A stretch of 64,000 nucleotides of DNA from Paecilomyces variotii (Eukaryota): the NCBI GenBank assembly GCA_004022145.1, contig RCNU01000010.1. One strand, written 5' to 3'. The position numbers and the translations under genes are program-made. The notes beneath the pieces were generated by a model. That model was not told where the DNA came from and did no database searches. It was given only the letters and a program-made list of their open reading frames with translations. How positions within the stretch are numbered: the first letter of the stretch is position 1; every line of letters begins with the position of its first letter. Shown here piece by piece: positions 1 to 13,267 of the stretch.

Positions 1-177
1 GGCACGCCCACAGGTCGACCTCTTTCTTCTCTTCATCAGCACCAGTTGGGGAAACGCCCTGCTTCACCACCGCTGGGACGGGGATTCCTCTCTCGATGAC
101 TCGGGCTTTCACTGCAACTTAAGAGCACAGACTGATCCGGAACCACCTGCGCTATTATCAATTCAAGCATCGCCGAT

Positions 178-3100
178 ATGACCACCCAGCACGCGCCGGC
201 AGGCCATTGGGGCGTCAATAATCCCATCCCCAATATCCAGCGGTTCGTAGAGAGCTTGGACAAGGACAAAAGAGAACGGGACAGGAGGATCGATGAGGAA
301 GAACGCCAAAAGCGACAAGCGGAGAGAGAAGGGGGAGCGGTCCCCCACGGACAGCAGGATTCCTCCAAGCACAAGGGCACACGAAAGGTGACCGACCCCA
401 CGACAGGCAAAGAGGTCGAAATCGAGGATGTGGGACGAGATCTCGTGAAAGAATCGAAGGACCCAGATGTACGTACATTTACACTAGAGGAAAGGGAAGA
501 GGCCACGTCTGACCCGCTACGTTGTTTCAACAGCTTTCGGTTCCCAATGCCAACCTGAACAAGCCAACGGTGAGTGAATACATGCGGTTATGAAATGCAG
601 CAGCAGAAGATGACTGACTGACACATCGTGTAGCCCATCAAGACGGAGCCTACACAGCCGCTACCGGAATACAAGCACAACCAGGATGTCACCGCACCGC
701 CAGACCCCATCGCCGAGGGGACAACATCGGACGTCCCCATTCGGGGTGAGAAGACCAATGTCCTATTCCATCCTACGCCGTCCATTACATACCAGCCAAT
801 GTTCGAGACCCTGGAGAAACGGGCTACCGGTCTTTGTATCGCCACGGTTATCGGCATCATTTTCGTGGGCAAGATGTTTGGCGGTTCTCTCTGGGGATTG
901 ATCCCATTGGCCTCTATCATCTCTTCAGGGACTTTCTTGTGGATGAAGGAAGTTATCAGGAGTGGCCGCGAAATGGAGTGGAGTAGTGAACAGCTGCGCG
1001 GTGAGACGGTAAGATTTCTCCCCTTTCGGATAGATGTTTGCCTATGGGTTCTTCTGACAGTCTCCAGGCAACGGCAAACCTGCTACCGGAGTCTGTCGAG
1101 TGGATGAACACGTTCCTGACCGTTGCATGGGGTCTGATGAACCCAGATATGTTTTCAGGCATTGCGGACACTATTGAAGATATCATGCAAGCATCTGTTC
1201 CGAGTGTCATTGAGAACGTCCGTGTTGCGGAGATTGATCAGGGAAACAACCCAATCCGTATCCTCAGCCTTCGTGCCCTCCCTGATAGTCACGTCAAGCA
1301 GCTGCAGGAAAATGCTCACGAAGAGAATAAGAAAAACAAGGATCCTCAAGCTGCCGCAGCTGATGAGGAGGGAGGCGACTACTACAATCTGGAAGTCTCG
1401 TTTGCCTACCACGCCAAGCCAAGCGAAGGAAGTATGGCGTCCAAGGCCCGCAACATGCACATGGAACTGGTCTTCTACCTTGGAGTGAAGGGCCTCTTTG
1501 GCGTGCCCCTGCCGGTCTTTGCGGAGTTGATTGAGATGGTAGGGACCGTTCGATTGCGGTTGCAGATGACACCACAGCCCCCGTTTGCGAAGAATTTGAC
1601 ATTCAGCTTCATGGGATTGCCTCACATTCGCGCCGGTTGTACTCCTATGGTCCGGAGCGGTGTCAACATCTTGAACCTTCCTCTCATCTCCAACTTTGTC
1701 AACTATGCCATCGGCGCGGCTGCCAGTCTCTATGTGGCCCCCAAGTCCATGTCGTTGGATCTGAGCATGCTGCTGAAGGGAGACGACATCCAGAAGGACA
1801 CCGACGCCATAGGCGTCATGTGGGTCCGAATCCATCGAGCGATCGGTCTCAGCAAGCAGGACAAACGCGGTAGCGAAGGTGGCGGCAGTGATCCTTACAT
1901 CAACCTGTCGTTCTCCAAATATGGAAAGCCCATGTACTGTACCAGGGTGATCACAGACGACCTGAATCCCATCTGGGAGGAAACAGCAGCACTGTTGGTG
2001 ACGCCAGAGTTAATAAAAGCGGACGAGCAGCTCAGCGTCGAGCTATGGGATTCTGACCGGAATACAGCTGACGACATCGTCGGGAAGATCGAGGTGTCCA
2101 TCCAGGAGATGATCCAGCACCCTGGAAGAATGTTCCCGCAAGTATCCAAGCTACAGGGAATGGAAGCGGGCAGCGAGATGCCTGGTGAACTGCACTGGGA
2201 GGTTGGTTTCTTTGGAAAGCCGAAGCTTCGACCGCAACTGAGGACAGACGGCCAATCCACAAACCTTCCGGATACACTCAAGGATAACCCCAAGTTTCAG
2301 GATGAGAAGGGTGTCATCACGAGTGACGAAGAGGACGCCGTTGTGCATACCCCTCCTGACCCTCTGTGGCCCAGTGGTATCTGCAGTATCGTCATTCACC
2401 AGATCGTGAACCTTCAGCTAGAAAACATCCAAGGAAGCAAAGGTAACAGGAAGAACAGAGAATACGAGCCTGCCAAGCCCTATGGTGAGAACATTGAGGA
2501 GCAGGGCAAGGAGCTTCCTAACAGCTATTGTACCATCTTGCTGAATGATAACTTGGTAAGTGAAGATTTTGAGGTCAAGCGTGGTATATCTGTTAACTTC
2601 TAACGTTATCCAGGTCTATCGCACTCGGTCAAAAGCGGTCAGCAGCAAACCCATCTTTAACGCAGGAACCGAGCGATTCGTCCGTGATTGGAGATCGGCG
2701 GTTGTCACTGTCACTGTCCGTGACCAGCGACACCGTGAGCATGACCCAATTCTCGGTGTTGTTCCCTTGAAGTTGTCGGATATCCTTCGGAAGAGTTCTC
2801 AGGTCACTCGATGGTACCCTCTCGACGGCGGGATTGGGTTCGGACGAATTCGCATTTCGCTTCTGTTCCGAAGTGTTGAAACCAGGCTCCCACCGAACAT
2901 GCTGGGATGGGACGTTGGAACTTTCCAGTTCACGTCCGATCGCGTCACTGCGGAGAATTATGCGCATTATGCTAAGATCAAGCTACGTACGGGCGGAAGC
3001 ACTGGCAAGATCTCCAAGACTGTGGCCCATGTGGACAGTGGGAACACCTACTACGACCTCAACCGGAGGTCTGGCAAAGATCGAATCAAGTTGCCTGTCA

Positions 3101-4056
3101 AGCACCGTTACCGCTCTCCAGTCGTTTTTGAATTCCACAATGCGCACACTCGAGGTACCGATGCCTATGCAGTTCTCTGGCTACAACACCTCGTCGACGG
3201 TGAGGACACTCAAATTGACATTCCCATCTGGACAACCAAGAATGGCCGCCGGCTCACCCAGAACTACGTCACGGAGGAGAACTGGAAGGCCAAGGAGGTA
3301 CCCGGTCTAGAAGACCTCCAAGAAGTGGGTCGTCTGAAGTTCAGCTGCAAGTTCACCGCCGGGATCGACGAATCTCACGAGAGCTTCGTGGTGGACAATG
3401 ATTCTCGCGAGACATTCGAGACATGGGAGACTTGCGTTGCAGAAGGCGTCCGCGAGCGTCATGTTCCCGCCGAGATCCCGGAGGAGGTTCAGCAACTCCA
3501 CGAAAAGTCTCTCGTCGAAGGCCGTGACATTCTAAAAAAGGCGAACCTAGAAGAGCAGAAGCTCTGGCTGGATAAACAAGGTCACGACTGGAGTGGTGCT
3601 TTTGGACAGGATCCTCGTGCATACACTGACTCATTCGGTCGGAAAGCCGCTGAACCGGGCGTTGAAAAGCCTCCCCACGACCCCATCGTTCCTCCTCCAG
3701 TCGAGAAGCCCAGCGAACTCCAGAAACGCGACGGTGACGCTGCCGAAGAAGAAGTCGGCAATTCGGACTCCAGCGAGACGAGCGAGTCGGAAGAGAGCTC
3801 CAACCTGACCAGCAACACCAGCAGCGCAGATTCCGAAGCACCTAATGGAGTACCTCGCAGCACCAGCGATATCAACAAGCAGAACAAGCGGGCTGAACAT
3901 CGTCAACAGCGCGGTCTCATGCAGTGGAAGCCCGTCCGCAACGCCGTTTTCGCCAAAGACGAGGCCAAGTTCGCCCTACGCAAAGTGAAGAGAAAGATCG
4001 GAATGGGTGACCTCACTGGCAGAGAGCCTGATGTTGAAACCGAGACTGGATCATAA
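178..4056 (+). CDS. Mug190-like SMP + C2-domain membrane tether (tricalbin/extended-synaptotagmin-related); ~5 exons
   Basis: ORFs 178-, 799-, 1038-2603 and 2560-4056 join across GT-AG introns (~469-533, ~570-633, ~1009-1067, ~2556-2612). TM hairpin, then SMP-like 'ESVEWMNTFL', then C2 motifs 'GGSDPYINLSF...DDLNPIWEE...VELWDSDRNTADD' and a second C2 ('KPIFNAGTERFVRDW'). Confidence 0.85.
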
Positions 4057-4610
4057 ATGTGAATTTGGAACACGAGAATGAGAATACGACAAATGCTGGA
4101 ATTAACTCTTAAGGATACGCCATGACGTTTCGGATCTGATATTGATTATGTTATCTCATACCTATGCTCTGTACTGTACTCTAGTGTAACTTTACATCTA
4201 ATTAAAACTTCCTTTTTCTTTTGTCATAAGCGGCTCTGCAAGTATTGATTAACTTCGCAAGTCTCACCCAGAATAGTAGTTAACATTAATTGGAAATGCA
4301 GTATTTTATCGAGTGGTATAGGGGTCGGCGTGTCCCACTCTCCTAAGGCTGAAAAACACTAAATTATGACAGTTTGCCATCATTGTTCCTTTCAATTCAT
4401 CCTTCCAAACCTCAACGGTATTCATTGCATGACAAAAGGGTCGAACGTCGCCTCCAAAATTCCCCAAATAAGAAATGGCCCTAAGAACCGACTGGGTAAC
4501 CCGTCATGTACTCAACTTATTGCCAGTTCCATAGCGAAACTGCCCATAAACGGGGTCTTGCTAGAACCGCCCTAGTAGAGTCATAACACCTGTATCAGTT
4601 TATGTCTTTT

Positions 4611-7600
4611 CTACTGCGGTGTTGGTCTAGTATCCAAGGTATAACTATCCATATCTTCTATCGGAGGCCCCCAACCTCCTCCACCTAAAATTTTCATATA
4701 TTAGCAGGTTATTCAAGCAATAAACATAACGCATTTAGCATTGGAACTTCTGGCACTGAGATAAGAGACTCACCAGGAGAGTTTATCTGTATATAGTCCC
4801 CTGCCTGCAGCCTCACGACTGCTTTCGCTCCGATATTGATCTTTTCAAGCTTTCCGTGTGCGTTCTTTTTGAATATAAAGTTCTTGCCCACACTACCCGG
4901 CTTGCCTCCCTCCATCCCGTAGGGACTGTATACACGCCGCTCGGACAGGACGCTGAATGTTAAAGGGATTCTGGCTTCGACTTCTCGAATCACGCCATCG
5001 CCGCCATTGAATCTTCCTCTGCCCCCGGTCCCTTTGCTGATTTCGTCCCGACGGATAATCACCGGTGTCCGCTTCTCAATTACTTCTGGGTCCGTTGCTC
5101 GCGTATTAGTCGAATGGACATTGACACCATTCGCACCATGCCAAGTTGGTCCTGCTCCACTTCCTCCTCCGACTGTCTCTCCGTAATTCCATCCTGGAGT
5201 AACCTTTCCAGTCAGAGGGTCCTTTCCTCCCATTCCCCATCCCAGGCTATTAGCACATCCTTGACTAGCAGCAGCAGCACCAAATGCTTTAAAGATGACA
5301 TCCGTCACACGTTGGCTTGATATGGTGGAACCACAGATAGCGACTGTCGGTGAGGGATTCAAAACTGTTCCTTCGGGAACTCGAATTCTGCAAGGATTAA
5401 GACAACCTTGGTTCAGTGGGATGTCCATGTCCACCATTATACGTAACGCGTAGATTATCGCAGAGTGCGTGATGGAAATAGGCATGTTCATATTGCCATA
5501 GGTCTGAGCACCGGTTCCCTCGAAGTCAAAGATCGCCGTACCTTCTTCGCTGTCAATTGTCACTTCTAGCTGGATTGGTGTGCCGTCATCTAACCAGTCA
5601 ACGGCCTTGAGTGGTTTTCCTTTCGTCGTTCTGTATACCTTCTTAAACAGCTCCTTGATAGCAACTTCGGCATTGTCTTGAATTCCATGCATGTACAGAT
5701 GCACGATAGGTAAAGTGAATTCCTCACAGAGCTGTTGGATCAAGGTGATCCCTCTCTGGTTAGCAGAGATCTTAGCCTTGATGTCGGAGATGTTATCATT
5801 GAGTCTCCTCGTCGCACTGCATCCTGGATATTCTGCGACCTTGTTGAATAAGTCTCTGATTTCCTCTTCAAGGAATACGCCGCTGCTAACTATCTTCATC
5901 GATTTGACAGCCATTCCCTCCTGCCATAGTTCCTTTGAATCAGGGACCATACTCGTGATCCCGATTCCTCCAATGTCAGTATGATGACCTCGTGACGCGA
6001 CGTAAAATGCAAGCTCATCTCCATAAAAGGCCGGGGTGATAACAGTAAGGTCAGGCAAATGCGTTCCGCCAGCTTCAGGATGGTTTGTCAGGAGAACATC
6101 TCCAGGCTTAAGCTTGTCGCTCCATAGTCGATGTTGATATTGAATTGCAAATTGCATACTTCCCAAGTGGATAGGTATGTGAGGGGCATTCGCTACCAGG
6201 TTTCCACTTGGTGAGAATATGGCACAGGAAAAATCGAGACGTTCTTTGATACTGGTGCTGATTGATGTCCGCTGGAGTGTGTTTCCCATTTGTTCGGCAA
6301 TGGACATGAATCGATTGGCGAAACAGGATAGTTGGATTGGGTTGACTTTGTTAGAAGTTATAGAGTTTGAACTCTGTTCTTGCTGATATCGATCTATCAC
6401 GACGTGATGAGATGTTATGAAACACTCGTATCCTTTTTCGACGAGGATGGTTTGGGTTTCATCCGTGATGATAGCGGGGCCCTTTTGTTCATTAGCTTTT
6501 GTAATATGCTTCTTCTGTAAGTGCTTGATAAACTCACAGTGAGGTAAGAAGCGACCTTCATAGATTCTAGTTTATAAATTGGAACGTCTTCCCATTCACC
6601 CTCCAGATACACTTTCTGGAACGAGACGGGTTCGGGTTTGATTCTGCACCGTTTCGCTTCTTCAATATCCGCTGACAGAGATGCAGCATCTTCTTGTGTA
6701 CTGGTCTTACTAGTACCTCGCAAAGTGATACTATCCACAATGATGTCTCTGTCTGCCTTGAACGCAAACTCTCTCAGATGGCGTTCCGTGAATGCAGACT
6801 TGTAGTCCCCATCGGCCGGTTGCTCGATACTGAGTATTGTATCCATACCCTTGTACTGCATATTCAGGAACGTGTGGAACTCAATAGCATGTTTGCCTAT
6901 GCCTTGAGTGTGCAGGTCATGCTCGACCTTTGTCTTTAGGTGCTTCTCACGCTCTTGGAGAATGCAAATAGCTTCCGTTGATAAAGTAAGAAATGATGGC
7001 TCCGTAACTTCAGACGTTATTTGGGCGCAGCTGATTCCATATGCGGACAAGAGAGACGAATATCTATGAATCAGAATCCTTTCTATTCCAAGGTTCGAAG
7101 CAATTGCACAGGCATGTTCTGATGATATTATCAAGAAGTCAGTACATGAGAAATGGCTTTTAGGGGGGACATTTATTTGTTAAGATATACATACGACCGC
7201 CTGCACCACCGAAGCTGACCAGGTTATGATCATATGTCGCATACCCGCGAGCCTCAGTTGCATTGCGTATGGGTCTACACATGCTCTCATTTGCTACGTT
7301 GATGAATCCAAGAGCAATCTGCTCCGGAGTGAATTTGATGTCCGATTCTGCGTTGATTATTTCGGCCAACTCGTCGAATCTCTTCGCTACCACCTCTGTA
7401 TCTAATGGCTTATCTGCCTTTTCTCCGAATATTGACGGGAATGAAGAGACCACCAGGCGACCAAGGAAGAGGTTAGCGTCAGTTACCGTCAATGGGCCGC
7501 CTTTTCTATAGCATGCTGGACCGGGGTGTGCTCCCGCACTCTGTTGCGACGTTAGATATTGAAGGTGAAAGACAAGTAACTATCACACGCATATAGCAGC

Positions 7601-9088
7601 TTACGACTGGTACTTGCCTCAGGACCGACAACCAGAAGCCCGTTCCGCCAAAATAACATGGATCCGCCTCCTGCGGCCACTGTGGCGATGTTGAGCATAG
7701 GTGTAGAGATCTTCCTGCCGGCAATGGTCGATTCAATAATGTGGTCGAATTTCCCGTCATATCGGGATACATCCGTGCTTGTTCCACCCTTGCAAGAAAG
7801 AAATGAGCGTCAGAATCAATATGAGACTGACTTATAGATAGTCCAGTGATCAACCTACCATGTCGAAACCTATTAGAGCTCTACCATCCCTTGTGTCGTA
7901 GCATGAGCGGGCAATACCAACGACTCCTCCAGCTGGACCGCTAAGTAATGCTGCATTTCCTGTATACTTTTGTGCCTTTCTCAATCCGCCGTCGGATGAC
8001 ATGAAGTCAACTCGTTGCGGGGGCACGTCGAACCCGTCTAAGAAGCTGTTTATATAAGTGCGCACCACAGGCGAGAGATAGGCATCAATACAGACGGCTG
8101 TAGCTCTCTGTAGCATCTTTATGCGAGGACTAGTCTCAGATGATATAGTTATCGACTCGAAGCCTTCTTCTTCTGCGATCTTCGCGGCCAGTCTTTCATG
8201 GTCTTGATGAGAATAATTTAGACAAAGTCATTCTATGCAAGAGACGCAACGCACAGAGTTCATACCTGGAAATATGTGTGAATGAATAAAGCATATCGCG
8301 ATAGAGTCAAACCCTTCCTGTCGTAAAGACCGAAGACAAGCTCTAGTTAAATCCACGTCCAATGGTTGAAGGATGCGGACAACTTCTCCACTCTCAGTCT
8401 TCATGAGATTCGGATCATTCACATCGAATTCAGGTCGAGGATAAGGATCTAGTTCATAGTTCTCGATAGTGATTCTCTCTTCGATCTCCGCAACTTTGTC
8501 AAACAAGACCTTTGGTTTGCGAATGTTCAGATCGAACAAATGTGGACGCGACTGGTCGCCTATTTCGCATAGGTCTTTGAACCCTACAACGACGACGAAC
8601 ATAAGCGATTACCATGTATACAAAGACTGGAGATTCTCTCCATGGCTCATACCCTTGGTGGTGAGTAAGGCGAACTGCTTTCCCTTATGTTCCAGTAAAG
8701 CATTCGTGGCTACCGTAGTTCCAATACGGCAATCCTCTAAGTACCATATCCGACATTTAGCAAAGCGACTAGGTATATGTAGGACGATATGGAACTCAGA
8801 TATCCCCCACCTATAGATGAAGCATTCAATTTCTCTTCTTGTGCGATTGATCTGCCTTCTGCAATCTCTAACACGCGCCGGATCGCCTCTCGCGGTGCGT
8901 CCGAATAGTTCTGGGGGTCCACGGAGAGCAGTTTGAACACTACATCTTCTCGACCTGGTATTTGAGCGATAACATCACAGAATGTGCCTCCACGGTCTGG
9001 GTAGATGGTTGTGTTAGCATATTGGGGTAAAGGAAAAGGCGAGATACGTGCCTATTGCGATTTTGATTCCAGACTGGATGTTTGCCAT
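4611..9088 (-). CDS. 5-oxoprolinase / hydantoinase A+B fusion (ATP-dependent cyclic amidohydrolase); 10 exons
   Basis: Spliced reading gives [132 protein letters not shown]. Start ATG 9088-9086; first stop after the last intron at 4611 (C-terminal end less certain). Confidence 0.93.
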
Positions 9089-9270
9089 AGTTCACTGGTA
9101 GTATGGACTGGTCTAGCTTCTAAGAATCGTAAGATGTAGAGAAATTCCGATCATATATATATCAGCTGATTTAGAAAGAGGTACGCGTGTAAGAAGAAGA
9201 ACCCTATATCGCTTTTTGCACTATTACAGCTTAATAGGTGACCAATCGCGGACAAGGGAGGAAGGGATCG

Positions 9271-9521
9271 TTATCAGCAATTATGTCTGTACATTGATAG
9301 CCAGTCATGTCCAGATTTATTAGCAAAAGCTTACCTAGATGATTATATCCTCAACTGGAAATGAAAAGTAGTGAGATCAAGCAACCGATCGAGAAACAGC
9401 GCATTGGCCTTAATCTTAGTACTGTGTGTCAGTTCCCCTCGGAATGGCGAAAGCGGAGAGATTCCGAGATAGCGGGCCATAAGTATACTTAAGTATAGGC
9501 TAGCGGGCACTCCGCTGATAG
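9271..9521. promoter_or_regulatory. Divergent promoter core with clustered GATA sites and CGG inverted repeats
   Basis: HGATAR at 9271-9276 (rev), 9295-9300, 9467-9472, 9516-9521; CGG-N7-CCG 9454-9466; CGG-N5-CCG 9504-9514; palindrome TATACTTAAGTATA 9484-9497 flanked by direct repeat TAGCGGGC. Function is inferred. Confidence 0.45.
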
Positions 9522-9851
9522 GACATCACCGACACTGATATAGAATTGATTATTCTACCTTCCTAAAGTGTTGAAAAGGGTAAAATTGGACGGGAGTGGC
9601 CCGACAGAGCCTAACAACGTGCGTTGGTACTTATTCTACTAGCCCGTATAACGTGCTCTTCACCATGGGGCACGTTATTGTAATACGAACCAGTCAGTCT
9701 GGGTCTGGCCACAGGATGGCTTGATTAAGGATAAGCTTAGAGTGCGCTCAAATACAGTCCCTCGAAGCCTATATTCCTTCAAATACAGATGGTTTGGAAT
9801 CGCAACCACATAAACCATTTCAAACCGGAAAGAGTGGAGTCGCATCTGACA

Positions 9852-11597
9852 ATGAGTGCCTTGCAAAGAGTCGAGCGCGAAAGGAAAAAGCAAAAACTGG
9901 GCAAACGGATCGCTGGATTACTATGGGATTCTCTAGATGACAAGAGCGACGAGGAACATCGCCTCGTTAGGCGACTGGACTCTGGCTATCTAATTTGGGC
10001 ATGCTTCTACTACTTTGTTATGTATCTCGACTCCAGTACGTACCTCCCTCACGTACCCCGTCGCGATCGTTACTGATTAATATCCTGGATAGCTAATGTA
10101 TCAAATGCATATGTCAGTGGTATGAAAGAAGACTTGAACATGTATGGAAACCAATTAAACTGGATGACAACATACTGGACCATAGGTAAGCTGTCATGGT
10201 CTTCTATTATTACACATTGAGTTGAAATTAACGGATCGCTGCAGGTTACATTGTCGGGACGCTCCCTTCGCAATTGATCCAAATGCATATACGGCCTTCT
10301 CTATGGCTTCCCTTGCTGGAGGTTGTCTGGAGTGCACTCGTCATGTGCATGGCAGCTGCCCCAAATGTAAACACTATCTATGCGATCAGGTTCCTTGTTG
10401 GCATATGCGAAGCATCCGCTTACCCTGGCATGATGACGCTGCTGGGTAATTGGTATACCCCACAAGAGCTGGGGAAGCGATCCGTTATCTTCCAACAAAG
10501 CAGCGCTGCTGCGCAAATGTTCAGCGGGTAAGATCCTTAGTTCAAGCTGTACAATCGAAGTTCAGCCTAACTTAGCTCTATACAGGTTCCTCCAAGCTGG
10601 CATCTACAATGGAATGAATAACACTGCAGGTCTCAAAGGATGGCGCTGGCTATTCATATTCGATGGCATAATCTCACTTCCCATTGCCATGTTGGGGTTT
10701 TGGTTGATCCCAGACGCCCCTTCGAATTCCCGAGCATTCTATCTTCAAGAGGTCGATAAACAGGTCGCACAGGCCCGTATGGATAGACATGGACGTGCGA
10801 GAGCGAGTGGGATTACCTGGAGCAAACTCGTCAAAGCCTTCACCCATTGGCCCGTATGGGTCTTTGCAATACCATATGTGTAGGTGGACTTCTAACTTAA
10901 CGTTTTCAGCCCTTTCACTCTTTGGCTAACTATATCCTACAGTTCATACGTTATAGCGCTGCATATCGCCTCGTACATGAATCTATGGCTCAAATCGTTG
11001 GGAATCTATTCTGTATCTCAAGTTAATGTCATCCCTTCGGGGGGATATGCAGTTGAAATTGTTTGTGCTTTAGTCTATGCAATTGTATCTGATGCGATTG
11101 GCAAGAGATGGCCTGTCATTATGTTTGGAGCGAGCTTAGGGTTACTAGGAGGCATTCTCCTTTCTGTCTGGCACATCCCCTTCGGATTAAAGTACTTTGC
11201 ATGGTACTTGACGTTTGCGCCTGTTGGGGGCGGCGCACTTCTTTTCGCATGGGGAAACGAGATATGCAGCAATAGCGCAGAAGAGCGTGCAATCTTGCTT
11301 GGTTGGTTAAACACAATGGGGTAAGTTTGGCACACAAAACGTACAAGTTACATTACTATGATACTGATCTGATCCAGTTATATATTTAATGCCTGGGTAC
11401 CGTTATATGCCTACCCTGCCGAAGAAGCGCCGCAGTACAAGAACGGTTACAAAGTCAACGCAGCATTGTGGGGGGTATATCTACTTGGAATTCCGGTCAT
11501 CCTGTGGTTCTCGAAGACATTTCCTACCTCACCCGAGGAACAGGATCTCACAGAGGAGGCTGTTACTGGAAGGAATACCGAAATCCCAAAGGATTAG
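9852..11597 (+). CDS. MFS transporter, allantoate permease/ACS family (Fen2/Seo1/Liz1-like); 6 exons
   Basis: Spliced motifs LVRRLD...YLDSTNVSNAYVSGMKEDLNMYGNQLN, IRFLVGICEASAYPG...LGNWYTPQELGKR, GLKGWRWLFIFDG, FNAWVPLYAYP; stop TAG 11595-11597. Confidence 0.9.
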
Positions 11598-12351
11598 ATA
11601 GGAGCACCACTGGTGGGATAATCTTGCGTGTTCTAGGTGCGAATATTTATAAGAACAGCCTTAAGAAAGCAGCAGCTGGCCTAAAGGTACTCGAAGGAAT
11701 GTAAGCAAGCCATGGGGGGTTGATCCTATATTTGTCTCCTCGTCATACAAGGGGTCTAATAAGTTCTATTCTACATTTAGGACCTGGTGAAAACAGAAGA
11801 TATCACAGATAAATTCCCACATAAGTCTCTCGGGTGATAGGAGCATTGAAGATTATAAGATTAGTAGTATACGATGCCCGCCTATGTTAAAAGTCTAGGT
11901 ACCTAATGAATGTATTGAGGCCCATTGTCGCCCAACGAGTGAATGCTTCTGTAATTCCGAACCTGTAACCCCCAAAAAAATCTTCATTCTTTGCCCTGAG
12001 TGAATCCATTAAATCGCAGAATCTGTCTTCGAGGAAGGAAAGAGATACCAATTGCTGGTTGTTTTTAAGTAAATACTTAGATACCTAAGTAACTAAGTAC
12101 TGGCGCGTTCACTCGTCTCCACCGCCTGCCTCGCGTTCCGCATCGCGTCCGGCTGTCAGTTGGACTACCTAAACCAGCCAACTGAGCAGCATAACTCGAC
12201 TTCTATATCGAGCTCCTCCGAGAACAATCGATCGCTCCTCTAGAGAGCCCCACGCTACTATTCGACTCTGAGATCGCCATCTTCGAAAGAACAATCCGTC
12301 CCGCATCGCGGAGCTGTTTTTGCTTTGCTTTCGGGCCTGCGCAGAAAAAGC

Positions 12352-13267
12352 ATGGCGTCCGCACCGTTTGGATCGCGCTCCGCCTATGCTGGTGGGAAGC
12401 TGCCCGATCGATCATTAAATGCGAATCCGATTCCTTTTGGAGCATCTTCGTTCTCGCGTCATCGCGGTCTGGGAGGAGCTGCGCCGGGAGAGTTTGGTGC
12501 AGATGGCGCAAAGTCGACGCAGCAAGCCCCGGCTCCACCAGCACATTCGCAGTCGCAATCGCAAGATAACAACCCGTTGAATAGGTTGACGGAGGAGCAG
12601 AGGGAAGAGATCAATGAAGCTGTGAGTAGTCTATCTGTACCTTGCGTCTTTGTGGTGGTCATGGCTGTTCTGGGGCCATAATAACAACAACGACCCCAAT
12701 CCTGCGGACTGTGGAATATAAACACCCAGAACAAATAAAGCGTTACATATAACTAATTCGATATAAACTCAGTTCACGCTCTTCGACCTCGACCGCGACC
12801 GCCATCTCGACTACCACGAACTCCGCGTCGCTTTGCGCGCTCTAGGCTTCACCCTACCCAAACAAGAACTCATCACCCTCCTCACGACCTACGGCGTTCC
12901 CCGACCACAAGTCCAACAACAGAACTCTGCTCAAAATCAATCACAATCCGCGTCCTCGAAATCAGCAGCCCCTCTCACGAACCCCCAACACCCTTCTGCC
13001 CTGCTCATGCCCCTCTCCGCCTTCCAGGTCGTGACGGCACACAAGATCCTAGAGCGGGATCCACGCGAGGAGATCTTGCGGGCCTTCGAACTCTTCGATG
13101 AGGGTGGAAAGGGATATATCGACTTGGAAGATCTACGACGTGTAGCGCGGGAGTTGGGCGAGACAGGACTCGAAGAGGAGGAACTACGCGCGATGATCGA
13201 GGAGTTCGACCTGGAGGGCGTCGGCGGTGTCACGAGGGAAGGATTCGTGAGCATCTGTTGGCAGTGA
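12352..13267 (+). CDS. cdc31: Centrin / Cdc31 EF-hand protein; 2 exons
   Basis: LTEEQREEINEA|FTLFDLDRDRHLDYHELRVALRALGF (intron ~12622-12772), RDPREEILRAFELFDEGGKGYIDLEDLRRVARELGE, ELRAMIEEFD. Confidence 0.88.

Noticed and set aside
4709-8940. Fragmented oxoprolinase ORFs suggesting a pseudogene
   Set aside because: All breaks are bridged by introns (including GC-AG) that restore conserved motifs in one frame.
4057-12351. Starship or other mobile element carrying the oxoprolinase-permease pair
   Set aside because: No tyrosine recombinase or transposase, terminal repeats or target duplication identified around the block.
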